From positions 1-64,000 of the forward strand of contig NMRA01000551.1 in the NCBI GenBank assembly GCA_002633005.1: a DNA stretch of 64,000 bases, read 5' to 3'. Made by a program: the position numbers and the translations under genes. Positions within the stretch are counted from its first letter, which is position 1. Each line of letters begins with the position of its first letter. Below are positions 12,779 through 24,068 of this stretch, in pieces. The stretch is from Phoronis australis (lineage: Eukaryota > Animalia > Phoronida). Under the pieces are notes generated by a model. The model was not told the DNA's origin. It made no database searches and saw only the letters and a list, made by a program, of their open reading frames with translations.

Positions 12779-15700
12779 GACAACAGCTTACAATAGGCTA
12801 GGCCCATGTTTCCAATTCTTGCCGTTGCGCTCAAGTGACATCAATGGTTTTAGCCTACATATGTGACCTTGTTATGTGGAATGTCACCAAAATTCATTAA
12901 AAAACGACAGCAGCGCCGTAGACAAAATCTCTGATTAGCACCAAAAAGTATTGAGAGATCAATTGCACTGACAATTGGTCAATACTGCAACTACTGATGG
13001 TTTTGACAGTCTTTTACATTTATATGCCCCGGGTGGATGACCCGATTTGCATTTTTTGCCAATGTATAGGCAAAATTATTTGAAACATATTTTGAGTTTC
13101 GAATACCCTGATTGATACTTTTTGTTACATGTAGAGGAGCTGTTTCATAAGGCAAACACCTAACCACTGCATGATGTATTGGCGATAAACTAATGTAATG
13201 ATAGTGTTTACATTTCGATACAAAGTTGCAGAGATTTTGTCAAGCTGAAACACAATTGTGAATGTAGGCTTTTGGAAAATTAAAAGATATTTGGAGACTT
13301 AGGCAAATTCAAAATTGTCGAGCTCTGGTCGTTATTTTCACCACCATTTTGACCTGCCACCAGCTTTTAGCCTATGTCAATGAATATCAGACGTATTTAA
13401 ACATATCCTAGATGCCGACTAATTCGGCCTTCCTGATACCCACGGGAGCTTCTGTTAATTAACTGTACGAGAGAGTTTGTTATGAAAAGATCGAGATACG
13501 CTCCCGTTACCAGATTCACTCCGCTACGCCTGATCGTCTTCTAGAAAATCGAAAACACATCAGAATCTAGTACAGTAAACAAAGTAATTATCTGGCACTG
13601 TTTCATATACGTGGTTCGTTACTGGGATGTATTTCATGACTGGTTTGCATTGAAAAACTGTGACTTTGATAAAAACAGATCGATCTTCCCCGCTACGGTA
13701 AAGCGACTGACATTCTTTCATTTAAGTCGGTCATGCCGATGTTCTAGTTTCACGGTGTGGGGACCTATACGTGTTTGGACTGGTCGTGAGGAGTACGCCG
13801 TCGTCATGAGCAAAATCGGCAAAAATTCCCCGACAAGGCGTACTTTATGAGATCATTTACCTCTTTACACATATAACTTTCTGCAATGATGTGACCCTAA
13901 TTACACCAATAGGGTGGCTATACTGACTATGCTCAAGAAATTTCAATGATTGTTTACGCAAAGATAAACTTCGAGTGTCATTTTTTTACATTTGTTCTTG
14001 TTTGGCTGAATTTTGAGTACAACCATGTAACCATAGACAACGCGCATGAGGAGTATGGTTGATGTTTGTGATTTGTAGTTTAAGTTATGTAGCATTTTAT
14101 GACACCTACTCTCAAAATATCTGTACGGATTCGTCATACTCGAGTTTCGCGTGACAGTCCCAACTCGTTTTGAGCAAGTGTACGGTTTCGAATAGAGCCG
14201 GTGGTATTTTCAAATTATTGTTGTCATCTAATTATGCATCAATACCTGCATAAAGTTACACATTCCTATACATATAAATCAGTATCTTGATAAAAAAAAC
14301 GTCAAATAATTCTGCAATCGGATTCCCGGCCTAAAACTTGCTGTCGGACTTACTATACAGACTATATCTCCCAGAAATAACTGAGATTTGTTGGTATCTA
14401 CGGCATAAACCACGTAAATTGCCCAACACTAAACTTCAAATATTAGCTGTGTGTTGCAACGACTTGGAACTCGAGGAAATATCGAAAACTGACAACGTTT
14501 GGCGCGAGAATGACTCATTACACCGATTTCCATATTTGGCTCGTAGGACCGCCCATCTTCTTGAATTTCTGCAATGCCAGTTCTTACCCCTTTTTAGTGG
14601 GACTAATTCTTTCAATCTCAGTGACAAAACGTCACATGTTTTGTGTATACACCCTTTCAACTCCAAGTGCAGATTGGGTGGGAATTTGTAAAAATATTTC
14701 CCTCTAATGGACTGCAGTTGTGACAAACTTCACTGTTACTCTCTCGTTTTCTTGTTTAATTCTTTGTTGTCCGTCTTTCAAATTTGGTTCATCTTCGTTT
14801 ATTCTTGATTCTAATGGATCTTCACCAGATTTCTTTCCGATGTGCTTGAACCCTCACATGAATCTCAAAACGTTTCCGTGGAAAAGTTTGTATCTGATGC
14901 CAAAAAACTTTATAATGTCGTTCGACTACCTCGTTGTTACGGTGTTGTCGAGGGTAACAATTCTGACACATCCAAAAACAGTAAGAACGCTATCTTATCT
15001 AAGGGGAATGTTTCATCTGTTATCATTCTACTAAACTTGACCCAGGTGTCTGACTTCTCTGTTATTTTCAAAGCATCGATCACTCGTGGTGTGACATGAT
15101 CACATAATTATTTCGTTTATTGCACTGTACTCTCGTGCTAAATCTGACTATATGTCCCTTTCGCTCTCTTTTCGCTCGGTGTATTCTTCATCTTTGCCTC
15201 CTCGTTCTATTTTTGACTTCTCCATAAAGGGGCTCTTGTAAGCAAACGCTTTTTCTGGTATAGATATGTCTTTTGTTTGACCTGGTTTCACAGCCCTCCT
15301 CCAAAACAGCGTTGGGAATGCACACATACTCTGAAACATTCCAAACCGCTTTGTTCGTGCAAAATTAGATACCTAATCCTTAGTCATGTGATCGCCGTGA
15401 TGTGTGCCAACACAGAAGTAACAGCACTTGAAGTTGGTTGATCGAAAAAATTTGTAACATGTTTTTACATCGATTTCACTCTGGCTGTCCAAAATGGTTA
15501 ATGGCAATGGCCTAATACATCTTATCTGTGTCCTCACTTTAATGCACCATTTGTAAATACATCCAATCTTTCTGAAGTCACCTATCCGACTACACTCCTC
15601 GAGAACTATCGGTAATTATTAAGTTAAATGGCCTATTCTGGTTAAAATTTGATTAATTCTTAACCAGCTCACTGTCGAGTGCGTTGTAGCAGAACAGTTT

Positions 15701-16084
15701 AGAGTGTCTCTTGAAGGGACAGACTTAGTATGTTCTTCTATGACCAAAACCTGGCTTAATTTCTGTCTAAGTTACAGATCGAAGGCCTTTTTTGAATTTT
15801 GGTCTTCAGTCTTAACTTAGTCTTAAATTTGGTCTTAAGTCTTTTTAAAAGAGTTAAATAATTTTCCATGAAAAAAGTCCCGGAAAGCAGTTTATTTGTG
15901 TAATAAGATTTCCACGTGATTACCTGAATATAGGCATTTCTAGACTACGGATAGGGCCTTTCTTACTTAGCACAACATGGAGAAATTTTAAGTTCTCCAT
16001 TGAATATATGTTATGGCTAAGGTTTGATAACTGATATACGTCACCTTGGTGAATGAACTCTGATGAGACCAATTTTGCATTTAG

Positions 16085-16263
16085 GAGGCTCGTCTAAAGA
16101 GGACATCGATTGGGCTTGGGTCGGACTGTGGGTGTCACTCGTCGTCATAGCTGTGGTATGCATTGGTTTGGTGGCCGTAGTTATCTATCTCAAGTTAAAA
16201 ATGGCGCGAGCTGCACGCGCTGCCCTGCTGGCAGCCAAAGGACAACATGCCGACCAATTGTAG
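16085..16263 (+). CDS. Gene C terminal exon: TM helix plus short tail (GSSKEDIDWAWVGLWVSLVVIAVVCIGLVAVVIYLKLKMARAARAALLAAKGQHADQL*)
   Basis: Acceptor ttttgcatttag in phase 1; clear TM helix followed by basic residues; codons GC-richer than the flanks. Confidence 0.72.
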
Positions 16264-17075
16264 CAACTAGACCTTTTCCGGAAGTGGTTTCCAGAAACGG
16301 TAAAGAGAAAATTTGTCTGTAACTGGAAACATTCACGAACAGTGGTGTACAAGTCAGTTCCTGCCTGAAAGGTGATTCCTGGCTTTCCATGGTTGATAAG
16401 GCCCTGTTACACCAAGATAGTTTTGAGAACTTCTGAACTCGTCTGGTCAAAGCATATCTCAAAGGCGAAACCTCCCTCAGGTCCTTACTCCATCGTACCA
16501 CGCTCACTCAAATTATCCTAGACGAACACTTTGTGTACGCGTCTGAACATGGGATTGACAAGAAAAGAAGTGGTTATGTGACATCTGTAGAGACTGTACC
16601 ACTCTCATATCCGGGGTGCTCGATTTTCTAACCAAAATTTCGTGTGATTCGATATCGTGTGTTGTGAACAAGCAGTAATTTATCAACTTTCAAACTAGGT
16701 AATGACGCTAAGTCCGTTCCCTTTTGGCTTTCTCGTTTCTGATACCATTAGAACTTTGATGTTACATTGTCCAAACATCTAAATCGTGGGAGTTCATGCA
16801 TACTTGTTGCAAACATCTTAGAATCTCAAGTTTTCTTGAGTAGGCCAATGGGCTACCATATTCAACAGGTGGTGCTAATTAAAAAAGTTGCGTTCATGGG
16901 ATGAGGGTTATGATTATCCGAAGTAATGTAGGCCTAATGGTAGTGTGTGACTGTAGTTTCACTGGTGTCACCCACTGAATTTCTACTTCCTCTGCTCCAC
17001 ATCTCTAATTCCATAGATTATTGTTGTTCAATTTTGTCTAGGTCTCGTGCCATCTCATGTATTGCGAATTGAGTG

Positions 17076-18056
17076 CAGTGGCGGATTTAGGATATCACAA
17101 GGGGAGGGGCCCAACTTTTTTTTTCTGTAAGCATTTGCGCAAACCACGATTGTAGATGCGCGTAGCACCGAATGGGGGGAGGTCAAACCCCCCTCCCACC
17201 CATTTTTCTGTTTTTTCCTCTGAAGATCAAGCATTTTCCTTGATTCCGGAAGTATTATCCAAAAAAGGAGATCGTGTCAAACAGGAAAAACTGCACACAC
17301 CACAGACTCGAACTCACGACCTGGCGGATAGAGCACGCGTGCTTTACCACCACGCAACAGCGATTTCACTGCTTAGCTCTTACTAAGAGACCTACTTGTT
17401 TACGGTCCACAGCGTTTGCGCGCGAAACCTACTTCTTTTTGTAATGCTTATTACATGTTTTATATTTTGTGCTCTCGGTTCGGAACAAATTTGTTGTATT
17501 TAAAATAGTCTTCAAATGCCCAAATGGCCAAATCCGTTTTTCGTGTTGCAATAGTGACGAGATTGCTTTGGAAATCGTCTTAAGTTAAGGCTTGACTTAG
17601 AGAGAATTATGAGTTTCTGAGCGATTTACTAAGGCTTCGATTAAAATTCACATCATACCAGCAGCTTCTATTTTTCCATCGTCACTCAGGTTCCATTTTC
17701 TTTAAAAAAGAAGTAAATTTTCTTCAGTGCACAGTGGAGCAGACGACGGAAACGGAGTCGTAGTGCGCAGCGCCACTGCCGGTCGCCTGGGATATCGCGG
17801 GAGAGCCTATACTTAGCCATAGTTCCGTTACGATTGCGCCGTGTTCCGAATTTGACACTTGAAATTGGATCTGAGCACCCTCCGCCAAACACTAAAACTG
17901 CACACATTTAAATCTTTTTTCATCAGTAAAATTTTAATTACCGGGGCAAATTAATAAACTCAACATTACCCTACGCACCTGCTGTTTTATTTTTTTGGGG
18001 GCAGCCAAGGGGGTGGGGGGCCGGGCTCCCTGGGCTCCCCCCTAAATCCGCCTATG
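17076..18056. mobile_element. ~1-kb non-autonomous TIR element (hAT-like termini CAGTGGCGGATTTAGG / CCTAAATCCGCCTATG)
   Basis: 14/16 TIR match. The same left end occurs inverted at 10636-10712 and the same right end at 28071-28199, both next to assembly gaps. No clear TSD. Confidence 0.7.
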
Positions 18057-18149
18057 CTGTGTACGAAGTTGTTGTCTGACGGGTTAGAAACGACTCGGCN
18101 GGCCCCCTGGGAACGAACCAAAAACTGGAGAATCACATGCAGTCGTGGA

Positions 18150-18420
18150 GGTACAGTAATTCCAAGAATATAGAAATTTTCTCATATAAATGGAATGCTC
18201 CGCGTTCTTGGCGTTGTAGTACCGCCAGGAATGCTGATTCTTCCGTTCTTTGAGATTGAGCTTAGGGCTTGTTTCTCAGATGCCCATGTCCTAATCTCAG
18301 ACATGTGATTTTCAAATTAAATATGTTGAGTCTTTTCTGCAGTTTGGGATGACTGCCATCCAGAACACAATGTGTGTAATGTCATCATACATTTTGGTCA
18401 GGGCTTGAGGTTTGTTGAAA
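18150..18420 (-). mobile_element. Non-LTR (CR1-group) reverse transcriptase relic
   Basis: LTKMYDDITH (YADD-like), NHMSEIRTWASE and ENFYILGIT fragments in the expected order. Confidence 0.5.
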
Positions 18421-19098
18421 GATGGCAATACCTCAAGAAGCAAGCAAAGGGTTTTAACTCTATTTCGAAAGTTATTTATCTGAAGTTCTGGGACGAGAAT
18501 TTAAGAAATCTCTCTGCGGAATTTTAGGTTACTCTTACGAAAATACCCGAGGTTCCGGATACATTCGGACGAGCGAACCATAACAACTCAGTCGTTCGTA
18601 GGAAGCAAGTTAGTAAGCAATCAGTGCGGAAATTGTATAATTTTGTGAATAAGTCAAGCAAAAAGTATTAATTCAAACAAACAAGAACTTGGGTTACTTA
18701 ACCAGCTACAAACCCGTCTTCCGTCACAAAAACAACTTTAGATTTAGACCAGTTATAGCGTTATAAATAATGTCCCATATTCAATCTGGAGATGACATAG
18801 GGTCCCAAAGAACCCTGGTACATTGTTTGTACTTGGCATTAAATTTTACATGTTCAAGGCGTGACGTCTTAGAAAATTAACGGCGTGTCATCTTAGAAAA
18901 TAAAAACCGAGGTGTTGTTATTTACAAACCCAAAAATAATAAGTTGAGAGCAATTTCATAGTTGTAACAGGTCTAAATGAAAAGCTCATGTCTTTGACGG
19001 AACGCGAGTTTATAGCTACAGATAACGAAGGATCTAGTTTTTGCAGATAACGTATTCTATGCTAAAGGGTTTGAGACAACTTCAGTGTCTGTATTTAA

Positions 19099-20581
19099 AC
19101 GCGAAGGCAACCTTTTTTCATGTCATTTTCAGAAAAAATAAGGTTCGTTGATTATCCTCGACATCTTTTTCACTTAATTACAGCTTTTTGTAATTTAATT
19201 AATTACCCATCCTCTACTCCGGTAGTGACGTTTTGGGAGGCAAGAATTTCGCGCCAATTTCTGTTCATATGGTCTGTCTGTGAGAGCTGTAGAGCCAGTC
19301 ATTGTTCTACCATAGTTGTGATGTGTTCGGTCGTTGTTTGTTTTTGTTTACGAGTCACTCAACATGCCACACTGTTGCTGCGTACCGGGATGTACTCATT
19401 GTCGTCTCAAGCGCGTTTTGGGAATCCGACTTTGGATGACACACTTCGCCGTCAGTACTTGGCTCGTTCGGGTAACGCAACGTTCAAAGCAGTGGAGGGT
19501 TACCAAGTGTGTGGCAAGCATTTTCTGTCGTCAGATTACGAGAGAGATATGTACCCTAAATTGACCAAGGTCCCTGTGAAACAACGCGTCAAGAAGGGGG
19601 TCATACCGTCGCTGTTGATTCCTGGCAGTGCCTGTCGCCACCCCCGAGAAGTGCGTTTTTGAAGCGAGAAGTGCGTTTTTGAAGCGAGAAGCCTCGCGAG
19701 CCACTACAGTGACTGGAGGCACTTCATCTGCTGTCACCGTTGCCTCCGAACGTACCCCCAGAGCATGCAATTCCAGGAACTAGCAGTGATTCGCCCTGTG
19801 CTGTTGTCTCTATCCTAGAGCCTGTAAGCAGCTCTGCAGCGATGTTGAGTAGTGGGAGTATACAGGCCCAGTTCGATACCCAGTGAAGAGGACAATTCTT
19901 CGTCCAATGAAAAGATCGGTGAGCCAAGCTTCGATAAGTTTATTGCGGTCTTGTCTGAAGCATTGTACCTACATGTATCTAGAAGGTGCCGTGTGTGTGA
20001 CGAGAGGGTCACACGGCGGAATGTTAGCAGTTTGGATGCTCAGTGAGAGCGTGTCGCGCGGCACTCGGGCAATTGAGACAGTTGTGCCTGTGGGTACTCT
20101 GCCTGATCATTATACTCGGGCTCAAACATATACCCACCCACTGACTGTCCGTGAAAAAGTTCCTCGTCACCACTGCTATGAACAATGTCTCCGTTACTCA
20201 CACGCATCTCTACTCTACTGTCAATGTGATATGGGTCGCCGACTTTAGCCATTTTCAGATTAACACAAACTAAACAACCCTAAATCCAACGTAATTGAGT
20301 TCTCTAACAACCTAGCTTGTCGTAAAATACTCCTCGATGGGAAGTGGTGACGACAATTTTAAAAAACAGCACGACAACAAAAGTAGTACAGATCCTCACA
20401 GTAAACTCAACACAGGACCAAATTGGCGCGAAATTCTTGCCTCCCAAAACGTCACTTCCGGAGTAGAAGACGAGTAATTAATCAAATTACGAAAAGCTGT
20501 AATTTAATGAAAAATGTGTCTGGGATAGTCAACGAACCTTATTTTTGCTCAAAATGACATGAAAAAAGGTTGCCTTCGCCT
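19099..20581 (+). mobile_element. Kolobok DNA transposon deletion derivative (THAP-transposase 5' part on +, KolX-like 5' part on -)
   Basis: ~165-bp TIRs (A[C/G]GCGAAGGCAACCTTTTTTCATGTCATTTT...) with TTAA on both sides. Frameshifted THAP MPHCCCVPGC...VCGKHF...VIPSL from 19364, then KFIAV.....L.....CRVC. Convergent ORF 20040-20252 contains YMFEPEY. Confidence 0.8.
19364..19625 (+). pseudogene. THAP zinc-finger domain of Kolobok transposase (frameshifted)
   Basis: C2CH THAP signature split across ORFs 19334..19564 and 19120..19662. Confidence 0.8.
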
Positions 20582-20889
20582 TTAAAGCTTTCATAACATG
20601 AAATGTGAGGACGAATTTTCCCTATAAAATTTGCTCGGATTGTTACGAATACTCTTAGTCGTAGCCACTTGCAACTGTTAGCGCCTCGTCCACCCTGACC
20701 GTTCAAATAAACCGCCAACTCGGTTTTCATGTTTTTCCATTGCCGGTTCTGTGGCCGTGAAAAGCCATTTGTCTCTACAAATTAGCAACTCTAATGAATG
20801 AATCGCTTTTGCAAAATTCGAAATCATACGAATATTGTTAAAACAATTGATTTCTTTTAAAGCTGTATTTCTCTTTGTTTAGCGGGCTA

Positions 20890-21040
20890 AAAACGAAAAT
20901 CGATTTAGGCCTTGTACTCCCATCAAATCTATCTTGTGCTATTCCTTACCTTGATAGGATTCTATTGCCATTGCTACCAATCACACGAACACCCTCAGCA
21001 ATTCAAAAACTCTTCAGAGTTTATTAGGACTGGCCAACTC
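20890..21040 (+). mobile_element. Gypsy-like RT relic
   Basis: Collinear fragments KIDL, IPYLDRIL (YLDD-like) and SNSKTLQSLLGLAN. Confidence 0.5.
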
Positions 21041-23375
21041 TGATATTGCGGATTCGAAATGGCACGCGTACGGATTGCCTGCGATTGGAGTGGTTGGTAA
21101 CGGAACTAGAATCCTCCCTATCACGGTAACGAATTGAATATCACGTGGCTAATTATAGTAGCGTAAAAGGCTGAATTTGATGTTCGTTTTTATCTAGCTA
21201 AGTACGTCAAAGTGCCGCCATAAGCACACTGAATTCCACACCGCCTTATTTGGGCTTATTTTTGCAAAGTTGATACACTGATTTGATTGCAGTCGAGCAA
21301 AATCTTCAGAAGTGGTTTGTTGTTTTCCTCAACTTGCTGTTTGCTAATAACGCGGCGTATTGACCTTTAAAGCGAACCGTCATTAACGAACAACGCAACA
21401 CACTACTTCATACTTTACATTCTATACAAGTACTTTTAGTACAAATGTGGTCACCATCAGAGAGGACTATTCATGTGTAGAATGAGAAAGAGCGTGACGC
21501 ATTATTGATTTTTGTCTTAGTATCCGTTGCTATCTCTTTGCAACATATTACGTCATTGTTTCCCCCCAGCAGAGTTCATGACAGCTGTCAGTAACTGAAA
21601 AGCGTGTTTGATAGTGCGTTTGAACACGTAGTCCGGTCCCGTAATGTAAAACACGGCTCTAATTATAACACATTTTCCTACTCCAGGGTTCAACAGAATT
21701 TTCATTTTTAGACAAAAGGTTGTTTTAATATACGCATCATGTTTGTATTTAGTTCCATCACACCGTCTGCTATCTCTGATCGCACTTACGTTTTTTCAAA
21801 TAGCTATAATCAACCAATAGAAGTGTTTAATATATTGTCTGTTTAATTGTCCTCGTGCATGAAACTATTGTCTCATCAGTTGACTTGTCTTGTGTATGTT
21901 GTTGAGGTGGTGGAAATACGCGCACCTGCAGTTGTTTAAATATTGCATTGTTTTCAGAGCCTGTGGTTCCAGTGGCTAGTTGCATGAAAAAAACTATTCC
22001 AGGGATGTTAGGCCACAATTTGCCACAGCCTCACAAACTGCCGCAACTCTTAAACTGCGACACTTCGTAGTTTTACCGTGCGACAATTTGTAGTTTGTGG
22101 AGATACACAAATTGCCTGTGCCGACCTTCGAAGCATAAAGTGTCGCATAATACGGTTGGAGGGCACATTGGTGCTGCCCCAGTACCCGTGAAGGCCGACG
22201 ACCGGGAGAGTGGGCCAACTCGAAGCGACTGGAGAAACAAGCCTGTAGTTCCTGAAACTGAAGGGGAATGGGCAATTTAGTGGTGATCACGGTGAAGGGG
22301 ACAACTGCGGCGAAAAACAGGAACGCCAAGAATGGTTAAATGAGGGGTTGTCGGAAACTGCAACTTCAATAAAATGTGTTCATGGAAATAGACATTGACA
22401 ATGAAGACGGACATACTGTACGAATGTCGTCCGCCAGTGATATCGTAAGGTGGATTTGCGTTTAATAATACTGCTTGAAATCGTTGTTTTTGATTTCGTT
22501 TTAACAGGCTGTTTTCCGTCATAATTAATGGAGAAGGGATTTCAGGGCGCCCCTAGTGGGCCTGAGTATGCGTGGAATTTCGGACTTCTAAGTGGTTAAG
22601 AAACTATAAATTTATTATAATGTCTTAACAGAAGAAATGCAACACAGATTTACACTTAACGATCAACAGTCGATTTGCGTTAATCTCTTCAATGCCTTCC
22701 TGGTCACACTCGTGTCCATGGAGCTAAGGAGCTTCCAACGGAATTTGCTTTTCTTCTGTTTTCTTGTTTTTGGAATATTGAACTCACGATGGTGATTTGC
22801 GTAATATAAGAGAAGATTTAATGACGCTGACAGTGTAGCCATTGTCAAAAGAAGGTTAATGACACTGTCTGTCAACAGAAGGTTTAATGAAGCTGAAACT
22901 GGTCACTGTTTGCACAATTTGCACTTTTGTTTTCTCGGCATATACCAGTTATGTGAATTTATCAATCCCAATTAATAAGCGTTTTTGACCATAAACCCAT
23001 AACATCCCCATTAAACATTGAAAACGTTGTAGAGCAGACACCGATAAATATCCAAGTTGCTGGCTCTCCGTGACAAAGCCAAGTGCGCAGTTGAACGCTT
23101 TGATTCTAACGGTTGTGGTTATTACAATTTCATGACCCAGATGTGCTACTTAATTTTGTTTTAATTCAGTTACAGCTTAACCGTGTCAAATGTGATATGT
23201 AAGCTAAGTAGTTATTTCCAATGACAGTATCGGAGTAAAATTGCCGAATTCAAGCTACATGGGCACATTGCGTTGACGACAGTTACGTGATCTTTTGCAC
23301 ATTCATTATCTTTGTCTAATATTTATTGCAACCCCGGAAGCTCCACACATTTTAGAAGGATAGACGTCGTCTCTA

Positions 23376-23636
23376 CATGCGCGCACCCAGGAGGGACTCA
23401 GTCAACTCGAACGAGCCCCCCCCCCCTCCCCCGTTTGGTGAATGGACAAAAGGTCCGCCTAAGAGAAACAAAAACGAAAAAGTAGAAAACGACACAAAAA
23501 CCAACTGAAAGGACAGGAACTACCAAAATTCGGCAATTTATACCTCTGTCCGTACACCGTGAATCTTAGAAAAAGGTCCACATTCTCAAAAATTCGACCC
23601 CCCCCCCTCCCTATTTTTAGGCAGGGTGCGTGCATG
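23376..23636 (+). mobile_element. MITE family CATGCGCGCACCC...GGGTGCGTGCATG, copy 1
   Basis: 13-bp TIR; internal sequence shared with 28424-28660, 38276-38521 and 47836-48010. Confidence 0.7.
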
Positions 23637-23752
23637 TTCTATGTGTTGGAGAAGTACATTAGGAAAAGATTTAACGTTAACAATAGTAAAGATTTTGTTT
23701 AATCATACATTTAGTCATTCAAATACAGCGTTTGAAATCACTGCGACAGAAT

Positions 23753-24068
23753 CTAATCGTAGTCAGGAGTAGGAGTCGGGTTGGACCAAGCGTACTGTCT
23801 GCCATTAAAAAGACGGCCATTAACTGCATGCAAGCGATCATCAGTTTGTTTTCCACTTCCACGTGACAGACCTCGTGGTTGTCGTAAGGACTGTCTTCCA
23901 GGTGCCCGACGCCTGTCCCGGGAACTATCAGCCAAGTCCAACCCAAGTTGGGGATCAACGATATGAAGTCGTCCCATTGGCATGGCTGTTTCCATGTGGT
24001 GACTTGCAAATGACCCGTCAGTTTGATCTTCGTTATTCAGAGAGTTGTCATTGTTTCGTATCTGCCTC
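23753..24068 (-). CDS. Gene A exon 8: cytoplasmic tail ending ...WSNPTPTPDYD*
   Basis: Polypyrimidine tract plus AG at 24069-24070; phase-2 join keeps the frame of ORF 23753..24130. Confidence 0.7.

Noticed and set aside
23719-24009. Alternative-frame ORF in the gene A last exon
   Set aside because: The phase-2 junction from the TM exon selects the 23753..24130 frame.
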